From the IMG/VR virus record IMGVR_UViG_3300031692_000001, positions 358 through 64,357 of that record: a stretch of 64,000 bases of DNA; one strand, given 5' to 3'. The position numbers and the translations under genes were made by a program. Below are positions 9,497 to 19,603 of the stretch, piece by piece. Position 1 is the stretch's first letter. The number at the start of each line of letters is the position of its first letter. The stretch comes from a virus. Lineage: Duplodnaviria; Caudoviricetes. Under the pieces are notes generated by a model. That model searched no databases. It was not told the DNA's origin and was given only the letters and a program-made list of their open reading frames with translations.

Positions 9497-9793
9497 TTAT
9501 TTCTTTCCTCTATTTGATTCTATAAAACCATTATAAACATTTTTATAATCTTCCTCCATATCTAAAAGGGCATTGGCCTTCAAAAGATCGGGATAAGTCC
9601 ATTCATGTTTTAATTCATGAAGACTTATCCCTTTGGCCAACCATATTCTCCAGAGAAGAAACTCATTTTCAATTTCTGAAGAAACCTTTCCAACTTCTCC
9701 TATTTTTTCAAAGTCGGCTCTATATTTTCGTTTGTGTACTTGCCGATAAAAGTTTTTAGTTGGTTGCCAAAACCCCCGACCATTAAAAAAAAA
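9497..9793 (-). CDS. -1 frameshift extension of tail assembly chaperone (G-T type)
   Basis: -1 frame is open from the T9 tract (9785-9793) to TAA at 9497, reading ...EFLLWRIWLAKGISLHELKHEWTYPDLLKANALLDMEED...; fills the gap before the tape measure gene. Confidence 0.75.
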   Translation of the reverse strand, partial: FFFNGRGFWQPTKNFYRQVHKRKYRADFEKIGEVGKVSSEIENEFLLWRIWLAKGISLHELKHEWTYPDLLKANALLDMEEDYKNVYNGFIESNRGKK

Positions 9794-10230
9794 TCCGGGT
9801 AGTTTACTTTTAATACTTCAAAAATTAAAGGGTATATAGAAAAAATCTTGCCTTGAAATATTTTATTTATTCCCTGTTCCGTATTCAATTGGATAGTTCC
9901 TTTAGTCGGAATAACAGCAATGGTGTTTTTTAAGAATCTTTTAATAAGAGACAAAAATTCCTCTTCCCCCAATTCCAAAAATAAAGACTCTAAAGCTTGA
10001 GCAATACTATCCCCATTTATTTTATTATCTAATAAATTTTTTCCTTTTTCTATATTGTCAATACTTCCAAATAAATGCCCAGCAGCCGGAGCTAATTTTT
10101 TAAGCAATGTGGCTTTGAGTTTTAAGGCTTCTATAGCAGAAAAGGGATGAATTGCAAATTCCATCCCTGCTATTTCTATTTTTTTTGGTATGAACTTATT
10201 TTCTCTTTCTGAATCTTGATTTAATATCAT
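9700..10230 (-). CDS. Tail assembly chaperone
   Basis: Lies between tube and tape measure genes; LIFEVLKVNYPDFF motif at the slippery tract. Confidence 0.8.
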   Translation of the reverse strand: MILNQDSERENKFIPKKIEIAGMEFAIHPFSAIEALKLKATLLKKLAPAAGHLFGSIDNIEKGKNLLDNKINGDSIAQALESLFLELGEEEFLSLIKRFLKNTIAVIPTKGTIQLNTEQGINKIFQGKIFSIYPLIFEVLKVNYPDFFLMVGGFGNQLKTFIGKYTNENIEPTLKK

Positions 10231-10661
10231 TAGAAATTACCTCCAAAGTTTTCAATATCAATTTGCCCGGTATCTAATACCCAAGCTCTTTCTCCTGTTT
10301 CTTTCCCCTCATCTAATACTGGAGGAGTTTTTATCCAAGCTTGAGACCAGGCAAGTAAAGTAGTTCCTAACATGTCTTTAATCATCAATGGTAATTTCCC
10401 ATCATTAGATAATTTATCCAAATTTAAAACCCCGGATAAATAATCATTGGATATAGAAGTCTGCATCAGAGTCAAAGTTACTTCAGAAGTATTGTCATTG
10501 CTTTTACTTCGTGATACTTCCCCGTCTGCGCCAACTCCTTTTCCATACCTATCCCCGGCTGGAGAAACAGATACAAAAGTACCATCCGCAAATCCGGTAA
10601 TAGGTACTCCACCATATATTACAATAATACTTTTAGGATCATATGTTTTTACTGCTCCCAT
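10230..10661 (-). CDS. Tail tube protein (DUF3277-like)
   Basis: TYDPK..GG.PITGFADGTFV...VGADGEV...TLMQTS.SN motifs. Confidence 0.85.
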   Translation of the reverse strand: MGAVKTYDPKSIIVIYGGVPITGFADGTFVSVSPAGDRYGKGVGADGEVSRSKSNDNTSEVTLTLMQTSISNDYLSGVLNLDKLSNDGKLPLMIKDMLGTTLLAWSQAWIKTPPVLDEGKETGERAWVLDTGQIDIENFGGNF

Positions 10662-10685
10662 TATTTTTTCTCCTTTCCTTTATTT

Positions 10686-11768
10686 TTATAATCCTACAAA
10701 TCCATTGATTGTAGTTTTGTTTATTGCTCCCTGTAAAGTCGCTCTGAAAGTTATTCCGGGAAGATTCCTTGCCAATTTATTTGTGGCAGAAACAGCAGAT
10801 GCTAATGAAGCACTAACTGTATATCCGTTTTCTTCATCTTCTGCTCCTATAATCAGTCCCACATCGGCTGCTTCTTGAAGGGCTGCTGAAATCTGACTCA
10901 CTATAGATTGAATACCCGCATCTATAAAAGGAATTTTTTCATTATTCAAAAATGAATTAAAAACCTTTTCTTGTATTTTTGCTTCCAACCAATCTATACC
11001 TCGGATAATATCAATATATTCTCCACTTCCTACAGTTCCATATCTTGTAACACTTACTCCGGCAATTGCTTCAAACAAATTACATTGTTTTCCAAATGCC
11101 GTGGTTCTTTGAGCTGAAGTAATTTCATAAGCAACAACTCCTTTAAGAGTTTTATATGCCCAATTGGAACTTCCCGGAGCTTTAGGGAATTGTAATCCCA
11201 TCCATGCAGCCCCCATACAAGTATCAGTCGTAGCAAAATCAGCAACATCAGAATAAATAACAACGGTTCTATCATAATCTTGAGTATTAACATATTCAGC
11301 AATATCTCCGGTAGAATCTATAATATTGGCGTCATCATCAGAAATCATAAAAAGTTTTTTATTTAACTCTGCCCAGGCTGCTACTGCTTGAAGATCAGCC
11401 AAAGTTTTATCCCCAATACAGAAACCATACCATGCGGAACTATCTGCGGCAATTAAAGGCATTGCCTCCACCCATGTTTCTGTCCCATCTACTCCTTTAA
11501 GTTTCCTTCCAATATATACTTCTCCGGGATTAGGATTTTGACGGAAAATAGCTTGGGCCATTAAATAAACTGGATCTGCTGTTGTAAATCCGGCTGTAGC
11601 CATTTCCGTAAGTGATGTGTATCTCCTTACTCTTTCAGAAAAAACAGGAGTAATATCAGCCATAAGAATTTCTTGAGCTAAAAGAATACCGTTAAAACTT
11701 GCAACATTCGCTGCTTGTGTCTGTCTTGTTATGGTTATATCAACCACTTCATCTAATAATGATGACAT
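10686..11768 (-). CDS. Tail sheath protein (DUF3383-like)
   Basis: PGSSNWAYKTLKGV, GEYIDIIRGIDWL, KIPF.DAG, LQGAI motifs. Confidence 0.9.
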   Translation of the reverse strand: MSSLLDEVVDITITRQTQAANVASFNGILLAQEILMADITPVFSERVRRYTSLTEMATAGFTTADPVYLMAQAIFRQNPNPGEVYIGRKLKGVDGTETWVEAMPLIAADSSAWYGFCIGDKTLADLQAVAAWAELNKKLFMISDDDANIIDSTGDIAEYVNTQDYDRTVVIYSDVADFATTDTCMGAAWMGLQFPKAPGSSNWAYKTLKGVVAYEITSAQRTTAFGKQCNLFEAIAGVSVTRYGTVGSGEYIDIIRGIDWLEAKIQEKVFNSFLNNEKIPFIDAGIQSIVSQISAALQEAADVGLIIGAEDEENGYTVSASLASAVSATNKLARNLPGITFRATLQGAINKTTINGFVGL

Positions 11769-11782
11769 AAAAACCTCCTCTA

Positions 11783-12268
11783 TTATATTGGTTCATTATA
11801 TGTTGGGGTATACTCTATAGTTTCAATAATTCCTACTGTCTCATTAAAACTATAACCAAACCCCATAGTAATTTCAAATAAAAATCTTTTTTCTATTACT
11901 TCATCAATAACTGTAGAAATATCCGTGATCAATGAAGTATCTCTGATAACTATATTATTTCCTCTCATAGATTCCTGAATACTTTCTTTTTCAAAAGTTA
12001 TTTTTAAATTTTGTAAATTATCTTGAGTTCCTCTCCCATAAGAAATTAAAGATACTACAAAATCTTCATGAATAGCTGATTGCCTTATTCCAGTAATTTC
12101 ATTTGGAATAGTATAATCTTTTTGACCCACTTTATTAAAAGAAGTTATTTTCAATGTAAGATAATTCCCATCTGGTCTTACACCATTTTCATCTGAAAAT
12201 ATTACTGAAAGAGAAGTATTACCTGATATTAAAGTATACAAATATGCTTCTAATTCAGAATATGTCAT
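11783..12268 (-). CDS. Tail terminator / neck protein
   Basis: Position before sheath; size; ENGVRP motif. Confidence 0.65.
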   Translation of the reverse strand: MTYSELEAYLYTLISGNTSLSVIFSDENGVRPDGNYLTLKITSFNKVGQKDYTIPNEITGIRQSAIHEDFVVSLISYGRGTQDNLQNLKITFEKESIQESMRGNNIVIRDTSLITDISTVIDEVIEKRFLFEITMGFGYSFNETVGIIETIEYTPTYNEPI

Positions 12269-12621
12269 GAAGTTCCCTCCTTCTCTCTCATAACCATAAA
12301 TTTATAATGGTTGATAAGATTATTTTGATAAGGAGCTACAAAAATTACTCTGTAATTACTTCCATCCGGTCCCACAATAACATCTTCTTTTTCTAAAGTT
12401 TCTGGATTTACTGTTTGCACTTTTATTTTTGGATAACCTTTGAAAATAGAACTTTGTCTCATTCCTTCTTCCAATGCCTGTAAATCTCTTCCATTAGCTG
12501 GCTGCCAAGAGGTTTGAATAGTAAAATCCGGAGATGCTGAACCATTAACCCACCTTCCATTTACATAACTCCCGGCTGCTTTTCTGAAAACATTTAAGGT
12601 AAATGTTTTTAATAAACTCAT
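12265..12621 (-). CDS. Head-closure protein
   Basis: GSYVNGRWV...SWQP..GRDLQALEEG.R motif. Confidence 0.7.
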   Translation of the reverse strand: MSLLKTFTLNVFRKAAGSYVNGRWVNGSASPDFTIQTSWQPANGRDLQALEEGMRQSSIFKGYPKIKVQTVNPETLEKEDVIVGPDGSNYRVIFVAPYQNNLINHYKFMVMREKEGTS

Positions 12622-13133
12622 AAAATACCTCCTTGTCTTTCAGGAGGAGTACCAAAACCTATTTTATAATTTATACTATTCATCATTTGTCCAGTATCAA
12701 TTAAAGGACTGGAACTTTTTTTCATTCTTATAGTTGAAAAGGCATTTGGGGGATTTTGTAAACCTCTAATAGATCTTTTTAATTCCCCAACCGCCCAAAC
12801 TCCTATTCTTTTAAGAGCAGTTTCTGCATTTATCCTTCCTTGTTTAATTAGATTAGTCATTTGAATAAATATTTTTTCTATTTTTTTTCTATTAGAATCA
12901 AACCAAGATCGCATCCAGGACCGCTCCGGAATTCTTACCCCACCTAATTTATTAAAAGTACCAAATTCATTCCAAAACCCTATTAAAGCCACAGTGGTTG
13001 TGGAATCAATATGCTCTTCCCCTTCTTGCAATCCTACTAATATCCAACCTTTCCCGAATTTAGAAAGTTCTTTGGCTATTTTTTTTAGTTTTGAGTCATC
13101 CAATTTGTATTTTACAGTAGGTTTGGCAGCCAT
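12618..13133 (-). CDS. Neck / tail completion protein
   Basis: WNEFGT..IPERSWMR, PPNA.STI..KKSSSPLIDTGQM motifs. Confidence 0.8.
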   Translation of the reverse strand: MAAKPTVKYKLDDSKLKKIAKELSKFGKGWILVGLQEGEEHIDSTTTVALIGFWNEFGTFNKLGGVRIPERSWMRSWFDSNRKKIEKIFIQMTNLIKQGRINAETALKRIGVWAVGELKRSIRGLQNPPNAFSTIRMKKSSSPLIDTGQMMNSINYKIGFGTPPERQGGIL

Positions 13134-13152
13134 ATTTCCTTTCTTTTAAAAT

Positions 13153-13428
13153 TTAAATATTGATTTTAAGGTTTCCCTTTTCTATATCCTTTTCCATCTT
13201 TTTTATTTTCTTTTCCTCATAATTTTCAACTTCAATTTCCCCTCTTTCTATAAGTTTCTTCAACCAAGGACCGCCTGAAAGTTGATCCCATATATTTTCA
13301 TCGATAAAGTTTTTTCCTGGGTTAAGAATTATTCCTCCTCTGATTCGATAATCCCGGAAGGATAACCATTGAGATTTATCCAATTTGTTATCTACTTTAA
13401 TCATTTTATCTTTGTTCATTTTGCTCAT
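13153..13428 (-). CDS. Hypothetical virion-module protein
   Basis: RBS-led ORF; ILNPGKNFIDENIW resembles ILFPGVNEISDKVW of 13828..14286. Confidence 0.5.
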   Translation of the reverse strand: MSKMNKDKMIKVDNKLDKSQWLSFRDYRIRGGIILNPGKNFIDENIWDQLSGGPWLKKLIERGEIEVENYEEKKIKKMEKDIEKGNLKINI

Positions 13429-13440
13429 TTTCTCCCCCTT

Positions 13441-13827
13441 TTAAATTAAATTATAACCATTGCTGGATACTTCTCTATTACCATACCCTGTAATACTTGA
13501 TCCTCCAGGACCACTTTTAATAAGATACATCAACTTTTTTCCATAATTGGTTTGAGATAAATCTTCATCCCCTTCTACTTTTGAAGTAGCATAAGCAATA
13601 GCCAAATCCCCTTCTTTGATAGAAGAGATTTGTCCAGCTTGTCCTGCATTCCGTTGATCCAAAGTATAATCATGACACGCCCTTAAGGCTATGGCTAATT
13701 GATAATTACTGCCAAAAAAACAGGAGTCAGATAATTGAGTGGCCATTTCGATATACATGGATAAATTAGCATCAGCATATAATCCAGGGCATTTCACTTG
13801 TATTATCTGACTCGCTGTTGATCCCAT
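13441..13827 (-). CDS. Head-tail adaptor (DUF4054-like)
   Basis: AIALRACH, GQISSIKEGDLAIAY, LSQTNYG motifs. Confidence 0.8.
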   Translation of the reverse strand: MGSTASQIIQVKCPGLYADANLSMYIEMATQLSDSCFFGSNYQLAIALRACHDYTLDQRNAGQAGQISSIKEGDLAIAYATSKVEGDEDLSQTNYGKKLMYLIKSGPGGSSITGYGNREVSSNGYNLI

Positions 13828-14286
13828 TTATTTTTTTACCTTCTTTTTACTTTTCTTTTTATTCACATAATCATTTACCTCTGCAATTCGTTCAGCAAGT
13901 GCTATACGAATCTCATCCCTGGTTTCTGATTTTTTCCAAATCTCCAAAGTAGGAAGGTTATTGGTTTGAGCAATCAACCCTAAACATTCCTCCGGATCTA
14001 AATCAGTAAACTTTTTTGAAACAGATATTTTTTCTTTTATTTTTTCTTTCTTCCCGTCTTTATTCGGTTTACCTTCTTCTTCAATTATTTTAACCTCTTC
14101 TATTGCTACCAAATTCCCAGCATTCAAATGAGCTATTAAAGAAGGTTTTATTTTTTCCCAAACCTTATCCGAGATTTCATTCACTCCCGGAAATAGGATA
14201 ATCGAATCTGCATCATATCCCGGTATAGGTTTTCCTGCCGGGATAGGTACTACATTTAAATGTTGTGGTTTCCAATTTAAAATCAT
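13828..14286 (-). CDS. Hypothetical protein after major capsid gene
   Basis: RBS-led ORF in head-neck cluster. Confidence 0.55.
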   Translation of the reverse strand: MILNWKPQHLNVVPIPAGKPIPGYDADSIILFPGVNEISDKVWEKIKPSLIAHLNAGNLVAIEEVKIIEEEGKPNKDGKKEKIKEKISVSKKFTDLDPEECLGLIAQTNNLPTLEIWKKSETRDEIRIALAERIAEVNDYVNKKKSKKKVKK

Positions 14287-14309
14287 AATATTCCTTTCCT
14301 TTCTATTAT

Positions 14310-15251
14310 TTAAATTCCATCCGCAAAGGCGATGGATAATGGATAATAAACTAATACACCAGCTGTCTCAGCGTGACAAGGAATTTCAAACTCCATTCCT
14401 TTCTGCTGAGGAGGAAACTGTTCAAATGGTTGAGGGAGTTCCATGGTGAGATTGTTTTCATCCTTTGGATACACCATCATCCGGGTTGTTGAACCCGTTC
14501 CGGCTGTGCTTAATTCTGCAACCCATTCAATCTGCTTTATAAAAGGATTATTTTCCATTATATATTGCATGATTGTTTTTGAGTTTCCATCTGTCATTCT
14601 TGTATTCGCAATATACAAATATTGAGTAAGAGGAAGAATGAGAATGGTCGGGATTTCCTTTCCATTAGTTGGAACAACAACAGCACTTACTAATCCAGTG
14701 ACATCCCTTACTATTTGATCAGGTGTTTTGGCAGCCCAGGTTTTGCTTGCCCCAACACCATCCGCAATAAGAGTATACTCAGTCATTCCGGAATAATTAA
14801 GAAGTCCGGTGAGTCCAAAATCAGAATTCCCTACTAAACCAATAGAATTAATTTCCTGCTCAATTGCTTGTTTGGCTGTCTTTGCCCGTCTTTGATCCAA
14901 TCGAGTTCCTGCCATTTGGGAGCTACGGATTTCTTTTATAGAATATCCAAATGAATCTCCCACCCCTTTAATCTTAATCGTGACTTCCTCTCCATACACA
15001 TCTACCCTGGGGAAGTCCTGAGCATAATCAGATATAATCTGAGCAAAACCTACCCCTGTAAATTTCCTGTATGTAATTTGAGTTGCTCCATTCGGAGCTT
15101 CCGTGGAAATAGGAATAAGCATATATGCTTTCAGGTCTTTATATTTTGTATCATAAGTTTTCGCTTTGATGTATTCCAATTGTCTCGCAAAAATAGCAGA
15201 CTCATTCGCATCCAAACGGAAACTATCTTTTCTTGTCTGTTTTCCAGGCAT
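14310..15251 (-). CDS. Major capsid protein (DUF2184 family, HK97 fold)
   Basis: FARQLEYI, DFPRVD, GLTGLLN, GVLVYYPLSIAFADGI C-terminus. Confidence 0.9.
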   Translation of the reverse strand: MPGKQTRKDSFRLDANESAIFARQLEYIKAKTYDTKYKDLKAYMLIPISTEAPNGATQITYRKFTGVGFAQIISDYAQDFPRVDVYGEEVTIKIKGVGDSFGYSIKEIRSSQMAGTRLDQRRAKTAKQAIEQEINSIGLVGNSDFGLTGLLNYSGMTEYTLIADGVGASKTWAAKTPDQIVRDVTGLVSAVVVPTNGKEIPTILILPLTQYLYIANTRMTDGNSKTIMQYIMENNPFIKQIEWVAELSTAGTGSTTRMMVYPKDENNLTMELPQPFEQFPPQQKGMEFEIPCHAETAGVLVYYPLSIAFADGI

Positions 15252-15277
15252 ATTATTTCTCCTTTACTTTAAAATAA

Positions 15278-16051
15278 TTACGGAGTAGCATCAAGCTGTT
15301 GTCCGTTCACTTCCACCAATACCAATCCGGCTACAGTGGTAGTTTTCCTAAATCTACAACCAACATCATAATTATTTGTAGATGTTCCAGTAAATGTTTT
15401 TTGATTTGCGGAAGTTCCATCCCATATTACGTATGCCGCTGTATTCGCATTAACCGCTACTGAAGCATTCACCCATATTTGACCTCTAGTTAATACATTA
15501 AGGCTATCGTTTTCTACATAATATCCTACTGAATCCACCCGTACTGCTATTTGAGTGAATAAAGCGATTCCTAAGAATACTTGACCATTATCATACGCAA
15601 TAACTACTCCGGCTTGACCACCTCCGGCAGTTACTGCGGAGGCAACCAAAGACATATTCACTCCCTTATAAGTCAGTGTGAATACTCTGTTAGTTGATAC
15701 ATCTGTATAAGTAACAGCCAACCCATCAAAGGCTGCTTCAAGTGCATTCCCATGAGCAGTCATAGTAGTATCATGGTCCGTTATAAAAGTTGTTGCTACA
15801 GCTGCTTGAGCAACTCCGTCAATCGTAATTATAGTTGTAATTACATTAGCTGTGACTAAATCCGCATCCAATGTAATAGTTGCGATATCCTGTTTTACAT
15901 TATATGCATTAAGAGGATCCCCGGCATAACCGAATACGGGAGCACCAAAAAGAATAGTTTCTGCTGCTTTCCATACTCCCTCCACACGGGACATATCCAC
16001 GCCGATTTTCAACCCGGCTATGGCTGTATCAAGACTGTTATATGCTCCCAT
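15278..16051 (-). CDS. Head decoration / cement protein
   Basis: Between scaffold and capsid genes; ILFGAPV, FLGIA, VLTRGQIWV motifs. Confidence 0.7.
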   Translation of the reverse strand: MGAYNSLDTAIAGLKIGVDMSRVEGVWKAAETILFGAPVFGYAGDPLNAYNVKQDIATITLDADLVTANVITTIITIDGVAQAAVATTFITDHDTTMTAHGNALEAAFDGLAVTYTDVSTNRVFTLTYKGVNMSLVASAVTAGGGQAGVVIAYDNGQVFLGIALFTQIAVRVDSVGYYVENDSLNVLTRGQIWVNASVAVNANTAAYVIWDGTSANQKTFTGTSTNNYDVGCRFRKTTTVAGLVLVEVNGQQLDATP

Positions 16052-16054
16052 AGT

Positions 16055-17545
16055 TTACTCCTTCCCTTCATTTTTGGTAAATGAACGGCTATCTTTTTTA
16101 ATTTTTTTAATATAGTTTTCTCTTGCTTCATCAGCATTAAGATTTTCATCATCATTGTCGTCATCCATATTGTCAGAGTCGGGATTTCCAGGAAGAGCAC
16201 TTCCATTTACGGCAGCTCTATTCCCGGCATTCTTCTTCTCTTGAAGAAGTTCAACAGCTCCATCAAAACGGGCATCAATGTAGATTTGATCTTTATTATC
16301 TAATTGGGCTTGAGGAAAAACTTTTATAATAACCGCTTTTTGGATTTCCAATTCAGTGTCTTTTTCATCCACTTTAATCTCAGCGGCATCCGCAGCGGAT
16401 AAGATTTTTAATCTTTTCTCAACTGCTTCATTGATCCGGGTTTCATCAAGTTCAGAATCTTTCAATTCTTTCAATTCTTTTTCCAATTGATCAACCCGAT
16501 CCTTCAAAGTATCTCTCTCGGCTGTGAGTTTGGTAAAATCTGTATTGAGAGTATCTACTTTAGATTGAATCTCATTCAATTCTGTACTTTTTTGGTTAAG
16601 GGTTTTTATGACTTCGCCTTCTGCTTCATAATCAACCCCATCCAGCTTAATTTTTTTAAGATTAGGCATGGTATCCTCCTCTATTTTAATTTCATGCTTT
16701 TCGTAATAAGCACTATTAGAATCCATTCTTATTCTTGCAGCATCCCCGGCTCTTCCAAAAGGAACTATTGCAATATGATTATATTTTATTTCTCTTTGAA
16801 TAGCATCATATTGAGTTCCCAAATAATTCCCTGATGCTTCTTCCAAGGCCAAACTATAGCCGGCTGATAATCCTCTTTTTCCGGCTTTGATTTCCTGTAT
16901 GGTTTCCTGATCTGTTATAGTAAGAGAAACAGATACATGATAATTATCTTCTCGGACCACATCCCCAGTAAAACCTACCTGGTGCTTTTTTATATTCTCC
17001 GCTGTAATTTCTTCATCTGGATGAAGATTGGAAATAGGTTTCATTTTTAGACTTTCTAAAGATTCCGGTTTAAAAACCTCTTCCGGCAATCTTAATTCTC
17101 TGTGAATTGAACCATCCGCATTAAGATAAGGAAATACTCCTATATTAGTAACAATTGCTCTTCCAGTCAAATATCCTTCTGTTGTCATATGGAAAGATTC
17201 TATCATATAAGAATTTGAATTTTCATCGATAAAATTACCTAAATAATCATATCTTTGAATTGTTGTTATAGCTTCATCCTTTTCTTCTTTTTTCTTTTTC
17301 TCTGCTCTCAATTTTACATCCGCTGCTTTATGACAGGAAATACAAAGCCACTGAACATCCAATTGATGTTCTTCATCATATCCTTTATGGTGATGAGCTT
17401 CGAGAGGAGTTTTTGCTCCGCATTTATCGCATTTATCTGGCTTTTTTATCTTTCCTGATTTTAAAGAATTTACTACTTTATTTTTTGCAGCTTTAACTTC
17501 AGGTGAATCATTATCACCATCTGTAATTTCTAATTCATTAGCCAT
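16055..17545 (-). CDS. DUF2213 head maturation protease/scaffold with N-terminal HNH-like Zn domain
   Basis: TEGYL...GVFPY...ELRLPEEVF..ESL, LSAGY, QREIKYNHIAIV..GRAG; coiled-coil tail; N-terminal CDKC...AHH...WLCISCH. Confidence 0.85.
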   Translation of the reverse strand: MANELEITDGDNDSPEVKAAKNKVVNSLKSGKIKKPDKCDKCGAKTPLEAHHHKGYDEEHQLDVQWLCISCHKAADVKLRAEKKKKEEKDEAITTIQRYDYLGNFIDENSNSYMIESFHMTTEGYLTGRAIVTNIGVFPYLNADGSIHRELRLPEEVFKPESLESLKMKPISNLHPDEEITAENIKKHQVGFTGDVVREDNYHVSVSLTITDQETIQEIKAGKRGLSAGYSLALEEASGNYLGTQYDAIQREIKYNHIAIVPFGRAGDAARIRMDSNSAYYEKHEIKIEEDTMPNLKKIKLDGVDYEAEGEVIKTLNQKSTELNEIQSKVDTLNTDFTKLTAERDTLKDRVDQLEKELKELKDSELDETRINEAVEKRLKILSAADAAEIKVDEKDTELEIQKAVIIKVFPQAQLDNKDQIYIDARFDGAVELLQEKKNAGNRAAVNGSALPGNPDSDNMDDDNDDENLNADEARENYIKKIKKDSRSFTKNEGKE

Positions 17546-17562
17546 TTATTCTTTCCTTAATT

Positions 17563-18084
17563 TTAAGATAATTCAATTCCAAAAACTCCAACAAAAAAAC
17601 TAATAGTTGCATTATCTACTGCATTTTTACATTGCAACCATATTTTATACCCATTTTCTAGTTGAGGTAAAATTATATTAAATGGAACAGAAGCAAAATT
17701 ATCATAAGTTAATATTAAACCTGTGTATTGTTCTGCCGCTATAGCTTCCTCTATAGTACCCTCCCCATAAACAATTCTAAAAGCATAGGGAGTAGTTTCA
17801 CTTGAATTTGTAATGGCTATTCTGAATACTTTAAAATGAGTTTGACTTGTAAATAAAGGAGTATCCCCTGTTCCTATAATTTGAGCTTCATCCCCTTCAT
17901 CAACCCCAAATATTCCATTTCCAGATATAGCTGTAAAAGGAGTTAATGAAGATTCCTCTGCCCAATCGGTTTCTGTTTGTACTGCTTTTTTTCCAAACCA
18001 AACTTCTCTATTGTTTACATATTCTAATAATAATGAAGAATTTATTAAAATCTGTTTATTATTAGCATCTTTCCATACACCCAT
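17563..18084 (-). CDS. Hypothetical structural/accessory protein
   Basis: GAGGAG RBS before ATG at 18084 (preferred over the 18222 start). Confidence 0.6.
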   Translation of the reverse strand: MGVWKDANNKQILINSSLLLEYVNNREVWFGKKAVQTETDWAEESSLTPFTAISGNGIFGVDEGDEAQIIGTGDTPLFTSQTHFKVFRIAITNSSETTPYAFRIVYGEGTIEEAIAAEQYTGLILTYDNFASVPFNIILPQLENGYKIWLQCKNAVDNATISFFVGVFGIELS

Positions 18085-18098
18085 TTTTACTCCTCTTT

Positions 18099-18467
18099 TT
18101 ATCTGTGAACTATTATTGTCATAACTGTAGAACCTGAAACATTCACCTGTCTTATTGCAGACGGTCCCTTGACTGAATCTTGAGTAATAGCTGCTACAAC
18201 TCCCGCATCCCAATCTACCCAATTCACGGCATCAGGGTCCGCAAGAACATCCGCATAAGGGTCATAAGTTGCTTGTATTTTTCCGCTTCCCGCTGTAGGA
18301 ATTAAAGTTACCTGAACGTCTAATGATCCAGGAGGTATTAAAACCGCATCCCCATCTCCGGGTGCTGCTAAAGCATCACTTTTATAATCCCAAGCCCTAA
18401 CATATGTTAATTGGGTTTCATATTGAGATATAAAAACTGGATTCATATAAACTACTTCTGTTGCCAT
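18099..18467 (-). CDS. Hypothetical beta-rich virion protein
   Basis: RBS-led, tightly packed in late operon. Confidence 0.55.
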   Translation of the reverse strand: MATEVVYMNPVFISQYETQLTYVRAWDYKSDALAAPGDGDAVLIPPGSLDVQVTLIPTAGSGKIQATYDPYADVLADPDAVNWVDWDAGVVAAITQDSVKGPSAIRQVNVSGSTVMTIIVHR

Positions 18468-18812
18468 TTACTTTTCCCCTATTTCTACTTTATTTACCAA
18501 GGAATCATATAGATAATAATACTCCATCGGAAGTTTCTTTTCGCTATCTAATTTTTTAAGTAAATCAGATATGAAATCCAATCCCAAAACACTAATAAAT
18601 ATTTCTTTTTCTTTATCTTTTGAAATATCCCATTTTACTCTTGAAGCATTTAATTCCGGCACAAAAACTTCCGTGATTTTACATTCTTTTATTTCTTCCT
18701 CTGTAAAAGTTAAATTCTCCCGGATAGACTTGATTATTTTTAAGTTGAGGAAACTCCCAGACTTAGGTAAAATATTTTCAATTAAAATTCTATCTTGTAT
18801 AGTTAAATTCAT
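18468..18812 (-). CDS. Hypothetical protein (possible fibre chaperone)
   Basis: RBS-led ORF following a Gly/Ala-rich structural gene. Confidence 0.5.
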   Translation of the reverse strand: MNLTIQDRILIENILPKSGSFLNLKIIKSIRENLTFTEEEIKECKITEVFVPELNASRVKWDISKDKEKEIFISVLGLDFISDLLKKLDSEKKLPMEYYYLYDSLVNKVEIGEK

Positions 18813-18842
18813 ATTATCTTTCCTTTCTTCTTTCTTTATATT

Positions 18843-19586
18843 TTAAGCATTTTCAGAATCCCAATATCTGAGATACCTTGCTACATACCCGGATCCTTCA
18901 TCAACTAAAATCCGGATACTTCCATTTGACTCGGCTGCTCCGGTGGAGTTGTTATTGTAGATCATGTTTCCAGTTCCACAACCTCCCTTAAAAGCAAATG
19001 CATTTTTTACCGTAAGAATTGCTGTAGCATCCCCGTTGGCAACAATTGAATGAATGGCATGAGAAGTGACCGCTGCAATACTCGCTGAAGCTGCAATATA
19101 TATTTCTGATTGACCCGCAAAATAAGTTCCCCCGGCAGGCAAAGCATCTGCAATCATGAGTTGACCATCTAAACCTACTCCAAGACCTGTAACACTTCCT
19201 AATGCAGATAATTCAAGAGATATCTGAGCACCCCTGGCAGTTCCTAATGCAGCAGTTCCGTATGTAGAGGCTCTTAAACATTCTCCACCTCCTCCGGCCC
19301 CAGATTGTTCAAATCTAAGATAAGCAAGTCTGTTATCCCCACTTTGAGCGGAATTTTTACATCGAAGTTCAACAAACTTGGAATCTGCTTCATCTGTGGT
19401 ATTAGGTAAAAGAGCAGTTCCACTCCCCATTATAATCCCACTTGCAGAATCCCCAATTGTAGTCCCTTTAAATTTTAAAGACCCTGATTCCTCTATATCT
19501 AACCAAGTACTATATCCTCCTATAAAAGCTTCATTGCTCTGTAAAAGCCCATTGTTAAGGCTATTTCTCATCATTTCTCCAGCCAT
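18843..19586 (-). CDS. Gly/Ala/Ser-rich structural protein (head-fibre-like)
   Basis: Composition; C-terminal GSIRILVD...RYLRYW; strong AAGGAGG RBS. Confidence 0.55.
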   Translation of the reverse strand: MAGEMMRNSLNNGLLQSNEAFIGGYSTWLDIEESGSLKFKGTTIGDSASGIIMGSGTALLPNTTDEADSKFVELRCKNSAQSGDNRLAYLRFEQSGAGGGGECLRASTYGTAALGTARGAQISLELSALGSVTGLGVGLDGQLMIADALPAGGTYFAGQSEIYIAASASIAAVTSHAIHSIVANGDATAILTVKNAFAFKGGCGTGNMIYNNNSTGAAESNGSIRILVDEGSGYVARYLRYWDSENA

Positions 19587-19603
19587 ATATCCTCCTTAAA
19601 ATA

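Noticed and set aside
18085-18222. Longer start for ORF 17563..18222
   Set aside because: Overlaps 18099..18467; a strong RBS supports the ATG at 18084
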